A stretch of 52,426 nt of DNA, the filler included, from Bipalium vagum (lineage: Eukaryota): the NCBI GenBank assembly GCA_037834085.1. It is 3 parts of 3 records of this genome, joined end to end, with 100 filler letters (N's around TTAATTAATTAA, not from the genome) between each part and the next. Parts side by side here need not be neighbours in the genome. Positions count along the whole stretch, not along the records: positions 34,830 to 52,426 come from JBBMKC010059821.1; 2 more parts are not named here. The stretch is one strand, 5' to 3'. Positions within the stretch are counted from its first letter, which is position 1, and each line of letters begins with the position of its first letter. This document shows positions 39,361 through 50,902 of this stretch, one piece after another. A program made the position numbers and the translations under genes. The notes under the pieces are model-generated. The model made no database searches and had not been told where the DNA came from. It worked only from the letters and a program-made list of their open reading frames with translations.

Positions 39361-40112
39361 TAAAAGAACGAGACATTTTTTATTGATTAGTGGTTTTGTT
39401 GAAATAAAGTTTTTGGACTAAGTTTATTGTTTTATAAATGACGCTGCATATTAACAAACAGTAAATTATATATAAAAGATATTCTTCATATAAATATTAA
39501 CATATTAGAAATAAAATAATAAAAAAATAATTCTTAAATATAATAATATTAGAGAACATTGAGAATTTTTAATCGTTAATAATTTTCTAACCATTTAAAA
39601 TGACTCTCACAACTTTCTAATTGATCATATAATATTTCACAAGCACTCGTGGACAAAATAATGAAGCACTTAATAATAATATTAATGACATCTAATTTTA
39701 ATCATAAAATATATTAAAAATTTTCTATATAAAATAATTGATAAACTGGGGAACATGTAACATTTTATTATTAAATTCGAAAATAAAACAAACAACGTCA
39801 ATTTCTTCAACGGATCACTATAATTCTATGATATTCAGATCGGGTGTTCCTGATACCCGGAAGGGGCTGTAATTCACATTGATAGTGTTCAAGACAATTT
39901 TTAGCACGCCTGGTTGTATAGATTGGAGAAATATTATCATGAAATATTGCATTATTGTTAAGGTATAAAATTAAATTTTACCGATTTAGTAATTTATATA
40001 TCATCAAATTATTTATTACTTTTTCCTGTACATAAAAAATTTGCTTCAAATACAAATGTTTGTTTAGATTTAAATATATTATAATCGCATTTTGATAATT
40101 TTATTAGTTAAA

Positions 40113-40960
40113 ATGACCGACAAAAAACTAAACATCCGTCCACATTTACTTTATGAATTTAAGCTTGGATGTAATGTTTCAGAATCTAGTCAAAAAATTA
40201 TTTAGCATTCGGGGAGGACATAGTAAAGGAATGAACTGGACGTAATTGGTTCCAAAAGTTGTAGTCGGATAATGAGAATTTGGAGGATGAACTCAGACCT
40301 GTGAGACCAGTTTCCAAAAAAAATGAAAAATTGAAAAGTGCAATTGAGTCAGATTTGAGTTTCACATAAAAAGAACTTGATTTGACATTAAATACCAACA
40401 AAGAAACGATAACAAACCATTTGCATTATGTTAGAAAGAGATGGAAGTTAAGTAAAAAAAAATGAGTAATGTATTCCAATCCAAACAGACCATATTATTG
40501 GTTAGATCACTTTGCCACAAGTTCCCAAGGTTGGACTATTCGACAACATGCTTTTAATGTGTTCGGTTGACTTGTGAAGAAATTATTCATCACGAGTTTC
40601 TAAAAATAAAAGAAACTATTACCGCCGATATCAATTGTGCTCAATTAGAAAAATTATATGAAAAATTGTTGGAAAACCAACATTAGTTAACAGAAGGAAT
40701 GGTTTTTTTCTTCAATATAATGCACAGTCGCTTGTGACAAAAATAACTATTAAAAATATAACGTTGTTCGGAGATTATGTACTATATTCAACAGATCTCT
40801 CGACAACAGATTTCCATTTGTTTTTCTATCTCAATATTACTCATAGGAAAAAGATACTCAAAAAAGAAACAGATCTAAAAGCGGAAGTGCCAACTTTTGT
40901 CAGGAGGAAATCTATGGATTTCTACCAAGATGTTATTATCCAATTGCAACACCGTTTGAA
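40113..40960 (+). mobile_element. Degenerate mariner (possibly elegans-type)
   Basis: MTDKKLNIRPHLLYEFKLG...NWFQKL...NLEDELRP; IIHHEFLK..ETITAD; YSTDLSTTDFHLF. Confidence 0.8.
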
Positions 40961-41677
40961 TAAAAAAAAATTTCAGAATAACCAATGGTCAAGTAACTAG
41001 TGGTACCAAGATATTATAACCCAGAATATCAAATATAAGCCTCTATACTTGATTTATGAATAGACACAATTAGAGTGGTAAGGTTCGCATGGTTTCCTCA
41101 AATATAAAGATGCCTATAGTTCGAAATACAATGAAGGAAGACTCATCTGCCAAAAAATGTGTTCATGTAATTTGAGTATGAACACAATTGTTTTCTTTTT
41201 TTTTAAAAGGTGATCAGAAAACAGAGGTTTACGTTTGGGAACACAAGTGTATGTTTAGAATTTGAGAAACTTAGTTCTAAGTGCTTTTTAAAGGCAATGA
41301 TATTTAGATGATCAATAAGTTCTTCTTTGACATTGGCTGTAGCAGTTTCAGGATTTTTCAGAATTCGCTTCAAAATTTGTTTCTCTTTTATTTAGATTAC
41401 ATTTATGATCACTGTCTGATTTAGTAGATAGCCTTCCCTTATGTTATGTATACAATCATAACCTTGGAGACTGCAGCTCTCCACATGTCTAACATATTTG
41501 ATACTTATGTTGATACTTATTGAATTCAATTAACCGATGTACATAAATACATTTTTTATGAATCCAGAAATTAGTGTCATTAATATTTTTAAGTTTTCCA
41601 TTATTTTGTTCACCAGGTGTAGACTTCTCTGATATTCTAGCTGATTATTATTAATTTGATAGAAAAAATAACTATAC

Positions 41678-41812
41678 CGTAGTTTCCCATAATTTTGTCA
41701 TATTAGGTTTCAGGTAATATTTTATTCCTATTCCTGATCCAGGAAGGAAGGCTCCTCTTATCAAGAGAATTAGTAATACAATGTATGGTGTGGTAGCTGT
41801 GACCCATACTGC
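41678..41812 (-). CDS. SERT: SERT-like transporter, coding exon 5 (TM5), 135 bp
   Basis: Not in the ORF track. tttcag|GCAGTATGG...ACTACG|gtatag gives [45 protein letters not shown], phase 0/0. Confidence 0.92.
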
Positions 41813-42899
41813 CTGAAAATAAGAGAAAAGTTTAAATAATGTCATAAATTGGTTCAGGTTAAAAAAGGTTGAAATTTTTATTATTCTTATTGACAGATGT
41901 GACCAGAAATTTCATTTCAAACTTTCATGTGTTGCTTACATCTGTATATGCACATGAGATATACTTCTATTTTACAGATTCAAAATTTTTATCATAATTT
42001 AATAACATTTTTATTGTATAAATAGAGTTGTGAGATTTTATGCTGACTTGAACAACTATGGAGATATATAAAAAACCATTTAGAAATGAAGAAGTGAAAA
42101 CAGGTTAAGTGATAGATGTTTTAAGAAAAATTGAATCAATAAAATTGACTGAAGATGTGAAAACACATAAACATGAACAAAAACAATGATTCAATGACAG
42201 TAATTAAATTAAAATTAAGATGACATCAAATTTTAAGCATCATATTTTATTTTTTTCAAATTAATTAATCTTATGAAAATTGTTAAAAGTATAAAATTAA
42301 GTTTAAATATTTAACCTGGTGCTATAAATTTGAATTCAGTACAATGTTTTAATTTGACATTAATTACTTTTCAAATTGAAATATCAAACTTAACATAATA
42401 CTAAAGTTATAATATAAAAAAGGAAGTCTAATGTAATTAATAAACATACATTTTAAATTATCTATTTTATCTTTATCTTATTAAAAATATTAAATAAATT
42501 TCTAAATATAAATATTATAATAATCTTAATATTAAATTGGTTAGTTTTTTCAATATTTCTCTGAACAAAATTAAAACAAGATTTTTATTTGAAAAAATTA
42601 CAAATATCAATATTTTAACTAAAAGTTCCCGCTTTGTAATTTTCTATGTAAAATCCTGCCACAATCATATGTTCTAATCTGTGCTGAAAGTGTGAACATG
42701 CTTTCTTTATCTATTGGCTGTCCAAGTTGTTGAGGGTTATCACAATTGCTCTTTTAAGATCTGATTTATTGACATGCTTGGACTTATTAGAAACTCTTTC
42801 AATAAAATACAGACCAAATATTCTAAAGGGTTATGTATCTTGTTTATTTGGAAAACCATATTTCTTTAGAACAAAAAATTTCAAAATTAACTTTTCACT

Positions 42900-43330
42900 A
42901 AAATACTGCAACATCCTGTTGAAAAACATGACCTTTCAATAGCTAAAGCACTGATCCAAGGCTATACTAATATTAACATCAAACCCTTAGATAGATATCC
43001 TTTCTAATTTTTTCGACCGATGCAGAGAAATATGATGGCATGACGTCAACCTCATTTGAAACAAAGCGTAACCCCTGAAGATTGGGATCTTGAGCAAGTC
43101 ACCGGTCATTCCACATGTTTACTTTGACAAATAGGGTAAAATCCTTCTCGACAGAGAAAACTTGAGACAATCAGTAGTTTCGTGCTTTAATGAGAGCAAC
43201 AACAATTTACAACGGGCAATTCTTTTAGATTTGATAGCCTCTAACAGGATATGTCGCACCTTTATTGCTAGGAATGGTATCTGATATCCTGCTTAGCGAC
43301 TGGACTCATGGAAGTTTTACTGACGTTTAA
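42900..43330 (-). mobile_element. DD37D (maT) relic in SERT intron
   Basis: VRHILLEAIKSKRIARCKLLL; FSVEKDFTLFVKVNMWNDR*LAQDP; VSNEVDVMPSYF. Confidence 0.75.
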
Positions 43331-43917
43331 TTCAATGTTACAATGAAATTTCAAGACTTCTAATTCTTATCATTGTGTTTTATGTTTTGTATTGCAATCA
43401 AAAAAATTAGCGAACAGTATAATTATAAAATATGAATTAAAAAAAATATTTTTAATTATTTGAAATTAATGAAATAGATATTTTAAATTCAAACGGCTCA
43501 AACTTAATAAAGATGGAGAATTTTTCATCGTTCTCAATTAGCAAGGAGTTTATTCTTATCTAGGACTTACAATTATCTTCTTAATCCAAATTCATTACCA
43601 GGATATCTTTGTCAATTTCCTATCTTATTTTGGTTGTAGATTAAATGAAGACAGAAAATTAGAAAATAATTCAAATCTTATGACAGATAAATTATAAGGA
43701 TATTACTAGAAAATTTTATTGTCCTTACTAACGGGTAGCATTGGAATTTAGTCGTTGTTTTACATTATTTACAGAAGCTTTATTTTTGATTAATTCTCTT
43801 TATTTATTTAATCTTTTTATGCTTATAAATTACTTCAAATATCAGGAGTCTTTTTTTAATTAATAGCAAATTTTTATAAGATAATTATATATAAGACAAT
43901 TAAAGCATTAAATTTAC

Positions 43918-44056
43918 TTTTCCACTACTTTTTACTCCTTTCCAAAGTGAGAAATAGACGATTATGAATATCACCAAAAGTGCTAAAACTACGTTGATTT
44001 CGATTTTTCCAACATTGTTGAAATCAATATCATCTGTTATATGTAATACCCGTCGA
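43918..44056 (-). CDS. SERT: SERT-like transporter, coding exon 4 (TM4), 139 bp
   Basis: tttag|TCGACGG...GGAAAA|gtaaat gives (Y)RRVLHITDDIDFNNVGKIEINVVLALLVIFIIVYFSLWKGVKSSGK, phase 2/0. Confidence 0.92.
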
Positions 44057-45752
44057 CTAAATATGTTAAGTTCAGTTATCAAAATTTAACTTTATAAAAA
44101 TGTATTATTTTTAAAAAGAAAATCATCCTTGTTAACAAATTTTGTTATTTTATAATTTCTCAAATTTATTATAACTTTTATATAACATTAAATAAAAAAT
44201 ATCCATAAAATATTTTAAAAATTTAACTAATCCAGTAAGAGATTTTGAAACAAATCAACAATGAAAAATATTATAAACTTATTTCTATTCAGATGAATAT
44301 TTTAATCGTATCTGAATTATTTTTGCCTGAATTTATATCGAATTAGTAATTACAAAGGCATTAAAGAAGTTTAGTCACAAAAAATTATATTCCCAATTTC
44401 ACTAATTGTAATCTTTAGCAATTAATATATTCTAAGTTACTTTATTTTTCTGATAATTTGGCATCTTCCAAACATTGTTTAAATTTTTAGAATAAATTGA
44501 TAAAAATGTATTTTATTTCATTTCATTTTATAGTTGATTCTAATCATTTATAATAACAATAACGAAATTTTAAAGGTCTTTTAAAATCATATTAAAAATA
44601 AATCAAAAATATTTGTGGAAAAACTCAATTTATAAACTTCTTTATTGTAAAAAACATACTTGTTACCTCAGAAAAATTTAACAACTTCTATTTGATTTAA
44701 TTTTGTAAACTCTAATCCTGATAAAAAAGAAAAATTATTTTAGAATCATTTTTCAATGTTGATTTTACAATAATAACTTGTCCGGTCGAAAAATCAATAT
44801 ATCAATAGTTGTCATGAATTTTTTTTTAAAAATAAAAATTTTTCATTAACTTAAAAATAACACCAGATCTAGAACTATCACACGGAATCAAGGTTTATAA
44901 TAATAAAGGATCACTAATAAAGTATAATTCTGATTAATCAAAATTTTCATAACTAATAATTTTAATTATTAATATTTTATCAGAATAATTTAAAACTTTT
45001 AAGTATTTTAAATGACATTTATTTAGAACATTTTTGGGAGATATTTAAAATAGAATAAACTGGTGAAATTTCAAAAAATGCAATCAAGAATTCTATAAAC
45101 TCAGTTAATAATTTGATTTTTCCTCAAATTGAAACAAAATTTGCATGATATATTTCCCAAAGAACATAATCTTGTATTAACAATCTTTTATCGAAGTTTG
45201 ACTAATTTCAAGTCCAAAAGATTTATAAAGTTCATGACTTCCTCTAGAGTTTGGTTCGTGATATTTAATAAGCTGAAATAAAGAGATGACTGAAAACGAA
45301 GTTAGAGTTTAACCAATCTGAAGAAATTGATTGTTAAGGAAGCTTAAGAGCTATTTACTTAAGTTACTTTTCAGAATATTTCACTCAACTTCTTCCAACT
45401 GTCATTAATCATAAACGATTAGGCTTCACTTTTAGTGCACATTTTCAACTTGAAAGCAGGAATAACATTTGACTAAATCTTCAAAACTGGTGAAAACAAA
45501 TGAAATCTTATTGAAATTTTATTTATTTTCATAAAATCAATATAACATTTCATGGTTAGTTAATTATGATTGATGATCATAGTATGAGGCTTAGCTTTTG
45601 TTTAATATTATATTTTTGAATACAGATTAATATAAATATATTTTTTTCGGCATAAGAATACAATTTTATAAAAAACGAACATTTCTAAACAACCTAAACG
45701 GATTTTGAAATATTTTTCTTATTTCACGTTAAATTCATGAAAGAATAATATA

Positions 45753-46900
45753 ATCAGATTGGAGAATAATTAATGCAGGTATTTAAATAGTAACTTTATA
45801 ACGCTATAATTCTATCAAAATTAAACTTTATTCATCAATATAAAATCCAATTGATTGAACACATTTATGAAAGCGGGAAACAAGCTTATTTAGTCTCGTA
45901 ACATAGAAATCCAAGGTTCTGGTGTCTATAAAGGCATTTTCAACAGCGTCCCTGCTTCGAACTATTTTTTTTGACTGAAATGTTGAAGATGTCTATACAG
46001 ATGGTAATCTGTTGAGAAGAGATCTGGAAAATATAGTGGTTGAGAAAAAATTTTATATACCACCTTGCTGAGCTTTTATCACGTAATTTGTGCAAAATGT
46101 GTCCGGGCGTTGTCATGCAAAATAATTGGGCCATTTCTGATGACTAAAAGAATTGTAAGTTTCTTGTACATTTCCTCAATATCTTTGTAATACCTTACTG
46201 CTGTGATGGTTTCACTTATTTTAGCAAGATATAGTGACGGAAAACCACCATGACGTTAACAATCTTGTTTGGTGAAAACTCTGTTTTGAGAAATGTTTCA
46301 GCTTTTCATCTTTGTTTAACCATTGAGCAGAACGCTTTCTGTTTTCATAAAGAACTCATTTCTCATCACATGTCACGATACGATCAAGAAATGGGTCACT
46401 TTCATTCTGTTTAAGAGAACAATAGATTTCATAACGACGATTCTCTTGGTTTTTGTTCAGAATATGTTGTATGAATTTCTCAAGTTTTTTACATTTCTTA
46501 TCTTCTTCAGGTGACGCCAGATCGTTGTATGATTAATGCCTATTTCTATAGCAACTTCTCTTGTTGATTTGCGGTGATCAGCTTCGATGATGTTCTTCAG
46601 TTGATCATTGTTAACATCTCCATGGCGACCTCAACCTTTACGATCATTGAGGTCAAAATTTCCATTTCGAAATTTTTTGAACCAACATTGAACTGTGGAT
46701 TCGTTAACTGTTCCCTCTCCCAAAACTTTGTTGACATTTTCTAGCTGTTTCTGCTGAAATACACCAGATTTTGAATTCATAGGAGTAAACTACTATTAAA
46801 TCTACCTTTGACATTCCTCGTTTTCAAGCTAAATAAATATAAATAATGCCTATTAATTTTTTAATTATTAGTATTTACATAAAAAGCATATAATTACGTT
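45753..46900 (-). mobile_element. Degenerate cecropia-type mariner in SERT intron
   Basis: ATG at 46814 (MSKVDLIVVYSYEFK); ESTVQCWFKKFRNGNFDL; IEADHRKSTREVA; DPFLDRIVTCDEK; HDNARTH; degenerate TIR tcagattggagaataattaatgc. Confidence 0.85.
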
Positions 46901-47039
46901 CAAAGTGATATATTAAAACAATGCTTATGTTATAGGTTTATGCAGAAATATATAGAAAATATTCAAAATATATAGAAAATTATTCAGAAATATATAAAAA
47001 TAATATATATCATAACAAATACAAGAGTGGAAATGTAAA

Positions 47040-47444
47040 CTAAATAAATTCTTGTCCGCTAATGCTTTTTCTATAGACTGCCTCATGTTGCGAAAATAGT
47101 CACTTAAATCGATATCGTTATACATGAATACTTGGATAATCAATTCCTTTAAATCGTCCCTATTAATAATGGTTCTCAGAAAGGATGATATTTGCGATTT
47201 AAAGCTGCTGAAAAACTTTTCGATCGGGTTTAGTTGAGGTGATTATGGTGGCAGAAATCTGTAATCAATACCTCGTTCTGTTAGCCACTTAATAAGATCT
47301 TTGCGGTGATGGAACCTGCAATTGTCCATCAACAATACATCCCCAGGATTTCGATCGAAATGATTTCATACCTTGTTACTAATAAAGTCCATAAAACTGT
47401 CCCCATCGAAAGATCCCTCGTTGAATTCGAAGCATATGACTGTT
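47040..47444 (-). mobile_element. IS630-like DD34E transposase C-terminal fragment
   Basis: VLLMDNCRFHHRKDLIKWLTERGIDYRFLPP*SPQLNPIEKFFS; 34 residues between D and E; two stops, otherwise in frame. Confidence 0.85.
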
Positions 47445-48522
47445 AATTTGGTTTAATATAAAATAAATAAACAGATGGAAAAACAATGAAACCTGTCATT
47501 TTAATAGCAGTAATAATTTCTTGTAAATTTTTATTTTGTAAATATGAATAAATTAAACTTGGATTAGTTATGCCCCAAACCTGATATTTTATAATGAACA
47601 TAAACGAAGAATAAATTTTATTTTTAAAATTATATTTAATTATTAAAACACATTTTTGCATGTGACCGAATAATTTTTCGAAGTTTATTTCCTTTTTAAA
47701 GTTGGGATTTCAGAAAGCAATACATTGAATTTTTCAATGATTAGTTCAGGCAAAAATTATTCATCTTTTTATGGATGGGAACAGAAAGAAGCCACAAGTT
47801 TTTCAAAATCCGTTTAGATTGTTTAGAAATGCACACATAAGTTAGATGAAAACGATGTGTCATTAATTCTTCATTTTAAGTAGCTGCGAATAATGTTAAT
47901 TATGAGAGCTGACTTTGTTATGATGAAGAATAATTACAACTTTACTCTATAATTTTGGATTGATAGTCATAAAACAAGGATATCACCTAAAGTAGCAGAT
48001 TCCTAGCAATTCAAATTTTATAAATTCAAAAATTGTGAATTTATAGATTTGGTATTATGATAGCAAAATTGTTCGCTATGCTTTGCTCATATGAATTTTT
48101 AGCCTTAAAAGCAAAGATGAATGCTAAAAGATTAAATGTTCAACATTAACTTTTTTGTTTCGTCGTTAAAATTATAAATTAATGGACGTTTTGTTTATTG
48201 ATAGTAAATATCTGATAATTTTAAATATAAATAATACTAATAAAAGATGCTACAAAAATTGGGAAGTTGTTAAAACACAAAATTGAGAAATTATTTTGAA
48301 TGTTGATATTTATTTTTATTGAATTAATATATAGTATATTTTTTTCATAGCATTTGTGATTTATTTATGTATTATATATATAAAAATACTTAATGTAGAC
48401 TTCAGAATAATTAAATATATATATATTTTAATTTATGCAATTATTGTATTTATTATCAAATTTTATACTCTAAATATCATAAAAGTACAAATAGGTAAGA
48501 TTTCGAAATAATAATTTCTTAC

Positions 48523-48802
48523 TAGAAATATTCTTCAGTTGATGAAAATAAAGTTTCATTTTCAGTAACATTATAAAATGTTCCATTTATTTTGAGAGAC
48601 TTATAAATTGAACGATTTGATAAACTGTATTTAATTTTATCTTCCAATGTTATGCAATTATTTGAATTCCAGGGATTTCCGCATGACATCCAAGGTAGTT
48701 TTTCTTGAATTGATTCAACCAAATAATACAAAGACCAGGCCATTATTGTATTGTAATACCATGCAGTATATGTGGCAATAACACATATACCATATCCGAT
48801 AC
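48523..48802 (-). CDS. SERT: SERT-like transporter, coding exon 3 (TM3, EL2), 280 bp
   Basis: tag|GTATC...TTCTA|gtaag gives (G)IGYGICVIATYTAWYYNTIMAWSLYYL...LPWMSCGNPWNSNNC...SSTEEYF(Y). The EL2 cysteine pair is present; phase 1/2. Confidence 0.93.
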
Positions 48803-48991
48803 CTAATATAATTTTAAAATCACCAAAATAAGAATAATTGACGTTTTAATAATGAAATTTAAATATAAAATTAAAAATATAATCATAGATTTCAATAGTG
48901 AAAATTCAAGATTAATAAAGATCTATTGTTTGAAAGTAATAAAAAATGACGTCATTCGTATAACGTTTAACATCATTTAGAAATTGAAATA

Positions 48992-49117
48992 TAGGGTGTT
49001 TCAGAAAATTAGCCCGTTTGAAATGTTTATAAAAAATTATAAATAAAGTGAAATATATGTTTTTCTGTTAGATATTTTTAAATAATTTAGAAATAAAAAA
49101 ACTTTTTTGACACCCTA
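48992..49117. mobile_element. MITE-like element (Tc1/mariner type) in SERT intron
   Basis: TA|tagggtgtttcagaaaa ... ttttttgacacccta|TA. Confidence 0.65.
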
Positions 49118-49521
49118 TAGTTAAATATTTTTGTTTCAAATTAAAAACATTTATTTAATAATTTGATTTCAATTTTTATAATATCCATCTAACCATCATT
49201 CTTTAACTAATCTAAGTTATAAATATTAATTATTGAATTAATTTTATAATTTTAGACCAGACTTCTAAATACGATCGGAAAAAATATGGTGATAGTATTT
49301 CATAATTATTTTATATCTTTCACTGATTTTTATTTAAATTTTTAAGCACTTAAATATTCTAAGAATATATGAACGTAAACTGATTAAATAGGGCCTCAAT
49401 ACAAGATCAGTCTCAAATTTTACTTGCTGTAAAGCATATTTTCTATATTGCTTTAATTTTTTAATGAAAATTGTATATATTATATTAAGAGATCTGATTT
49501 TATGGAGTTAAATATTATTAC

Positions 49522-49656
49522 CTCGAAACATTGGACATATTCTTCTCCAAACAGTTAAACATCCACATCTTTGATATTGTCCTAATGCAAGTTCAAGAAA
49601 AAAAAGAGGCAATCCACCAAAAATATACATTATTATGTATGGGAATAGAAAGGCTC
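49522..49656 (-). CDS. SERT: SERT-like transporter, coding exon 2 (TM2), 135 bp
   Basis: Not in the ORF track; read by hand. ttag|GAGCC...CGAG|gtaat gives (G)[44 protein letters not shown](G), phase 1/1. Confidence 0.93.
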
Positions 49657-49874
49657 CTAAATTATAATAAAATTTTAATTATATATTAAATATATAATTT
49701 ATTTATATTAATGTTATTTATAATATTAAGCATATACGTAATAATAATGTTAAATAAAATGTAAAAGAAATTTTCGAATAAAACAAAGTATATAAAAGTC
49801 TTGCTAAACTTTCAATATGTAATAAAAAAAGATTTTTAAAGTTTTATTTACTCTGAAATAATATATAGTTATAC

Positions 49875-50271
49875 CTCCGCCGTTTTTAAAGCAAATATAT
49901 GGGAATCGCCAAACATTTCCTAAGTCTACTGCGAATCCAATTACGCTTAACAGAAAATCCAATTTCTTGTCCCACGTATCTCGATCTTCATGATTTGTTG
50001 GTTTTACTTTTTTGGAAATTTCTGTTGAATTGACTTCGTCATCGGACAAAAGTATCACATCACAATTAGTGTGCGAATTCAATTCTTTGGATTTAATAGT
50101 CTCTGAAAGAATAATTTGCTGATTTCTAATTGTAAGATCTTCTTCATCGGTTGTCAGTATATCTGTTTCAATTGTTAAAGAGGGATCTGTTAAGAGTCTC
50201 AAAGGATTTTCATTAGAATATATCTCTTCTTTTCTAGGTTGAGATTTTTTTACTTTGAAATACTTTAACAT
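49875..50271 (-). CDS. SERT: SLC6 monoamine (serotonin-like) transporter, coding exon 1 (N-terminus, TM1)
   Basis: Translates ...[36 protein letters not shown], the SNF signature with the TM1 Asp of monoamine transporters. [11 protein letters not shown] is SERT-type (DAT/NET have LANVWRFPYLC). GT donor follows at 49874-49873, phase 1. Confidence 0.92.
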
Positions 50272-50902
50272 TTTAAAATTTATTCTATACGATAAATATT
50301 TTTAAAAATTAAGTTTGAAGTGTCAATTAGATATTTTCATTATAGTTTTACTATTAAATTTACATATTTACATTGAGGATTTATACCCTGATAGGATTTT
50401 ATGATAGAAACTAATTTGATAGGGATAAGTCGATAATTTTGATTGGCCAACTTTGTCAATTTATTTGTGGCTTGTAGAATTGTTGTTGATCATTTCTTCA
50501 GATTATTTTCTTTTGAAAGGCCCGATTCATAAAAATTTATTTGGATTTCATATTGGAAAGTATTAAACTTAATTAATTTCAAATCTTTAATTGGTTTTTG
50601 TAATCTGAGTATTTCGAAGTTTTATTCTGAAAAAATAAGAAAAAATATTTATAACAGTAAATATAAAAATACAGATGTAACTTCTCATCTGTGTCAATAT
50701 TGAAACCAAAATTAAATTAAACTAACAATTTGAAATTCGTCTTGTTAAAATTCAGAAATATTATGGTAAGGAAATCTATGAAAATATTTTAATAAAGCTT
50801 AACTTTCTGTAATTTTAGTTATAAGTATTAGTATTTTTATTTTTACAGTCCCATTTGTTTCCGACAACTTGTTTCTTGATTTTTTAATAAACTTATAAAG
50901 AT

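Noticed and set aside
41461-41490. AG...GT bounded micro-segment reading MWRAAVSK as a candidate SERT exon 6
   Set aside because: Wrong phase and length, and lacks the DAAxQIFFSLG motif.
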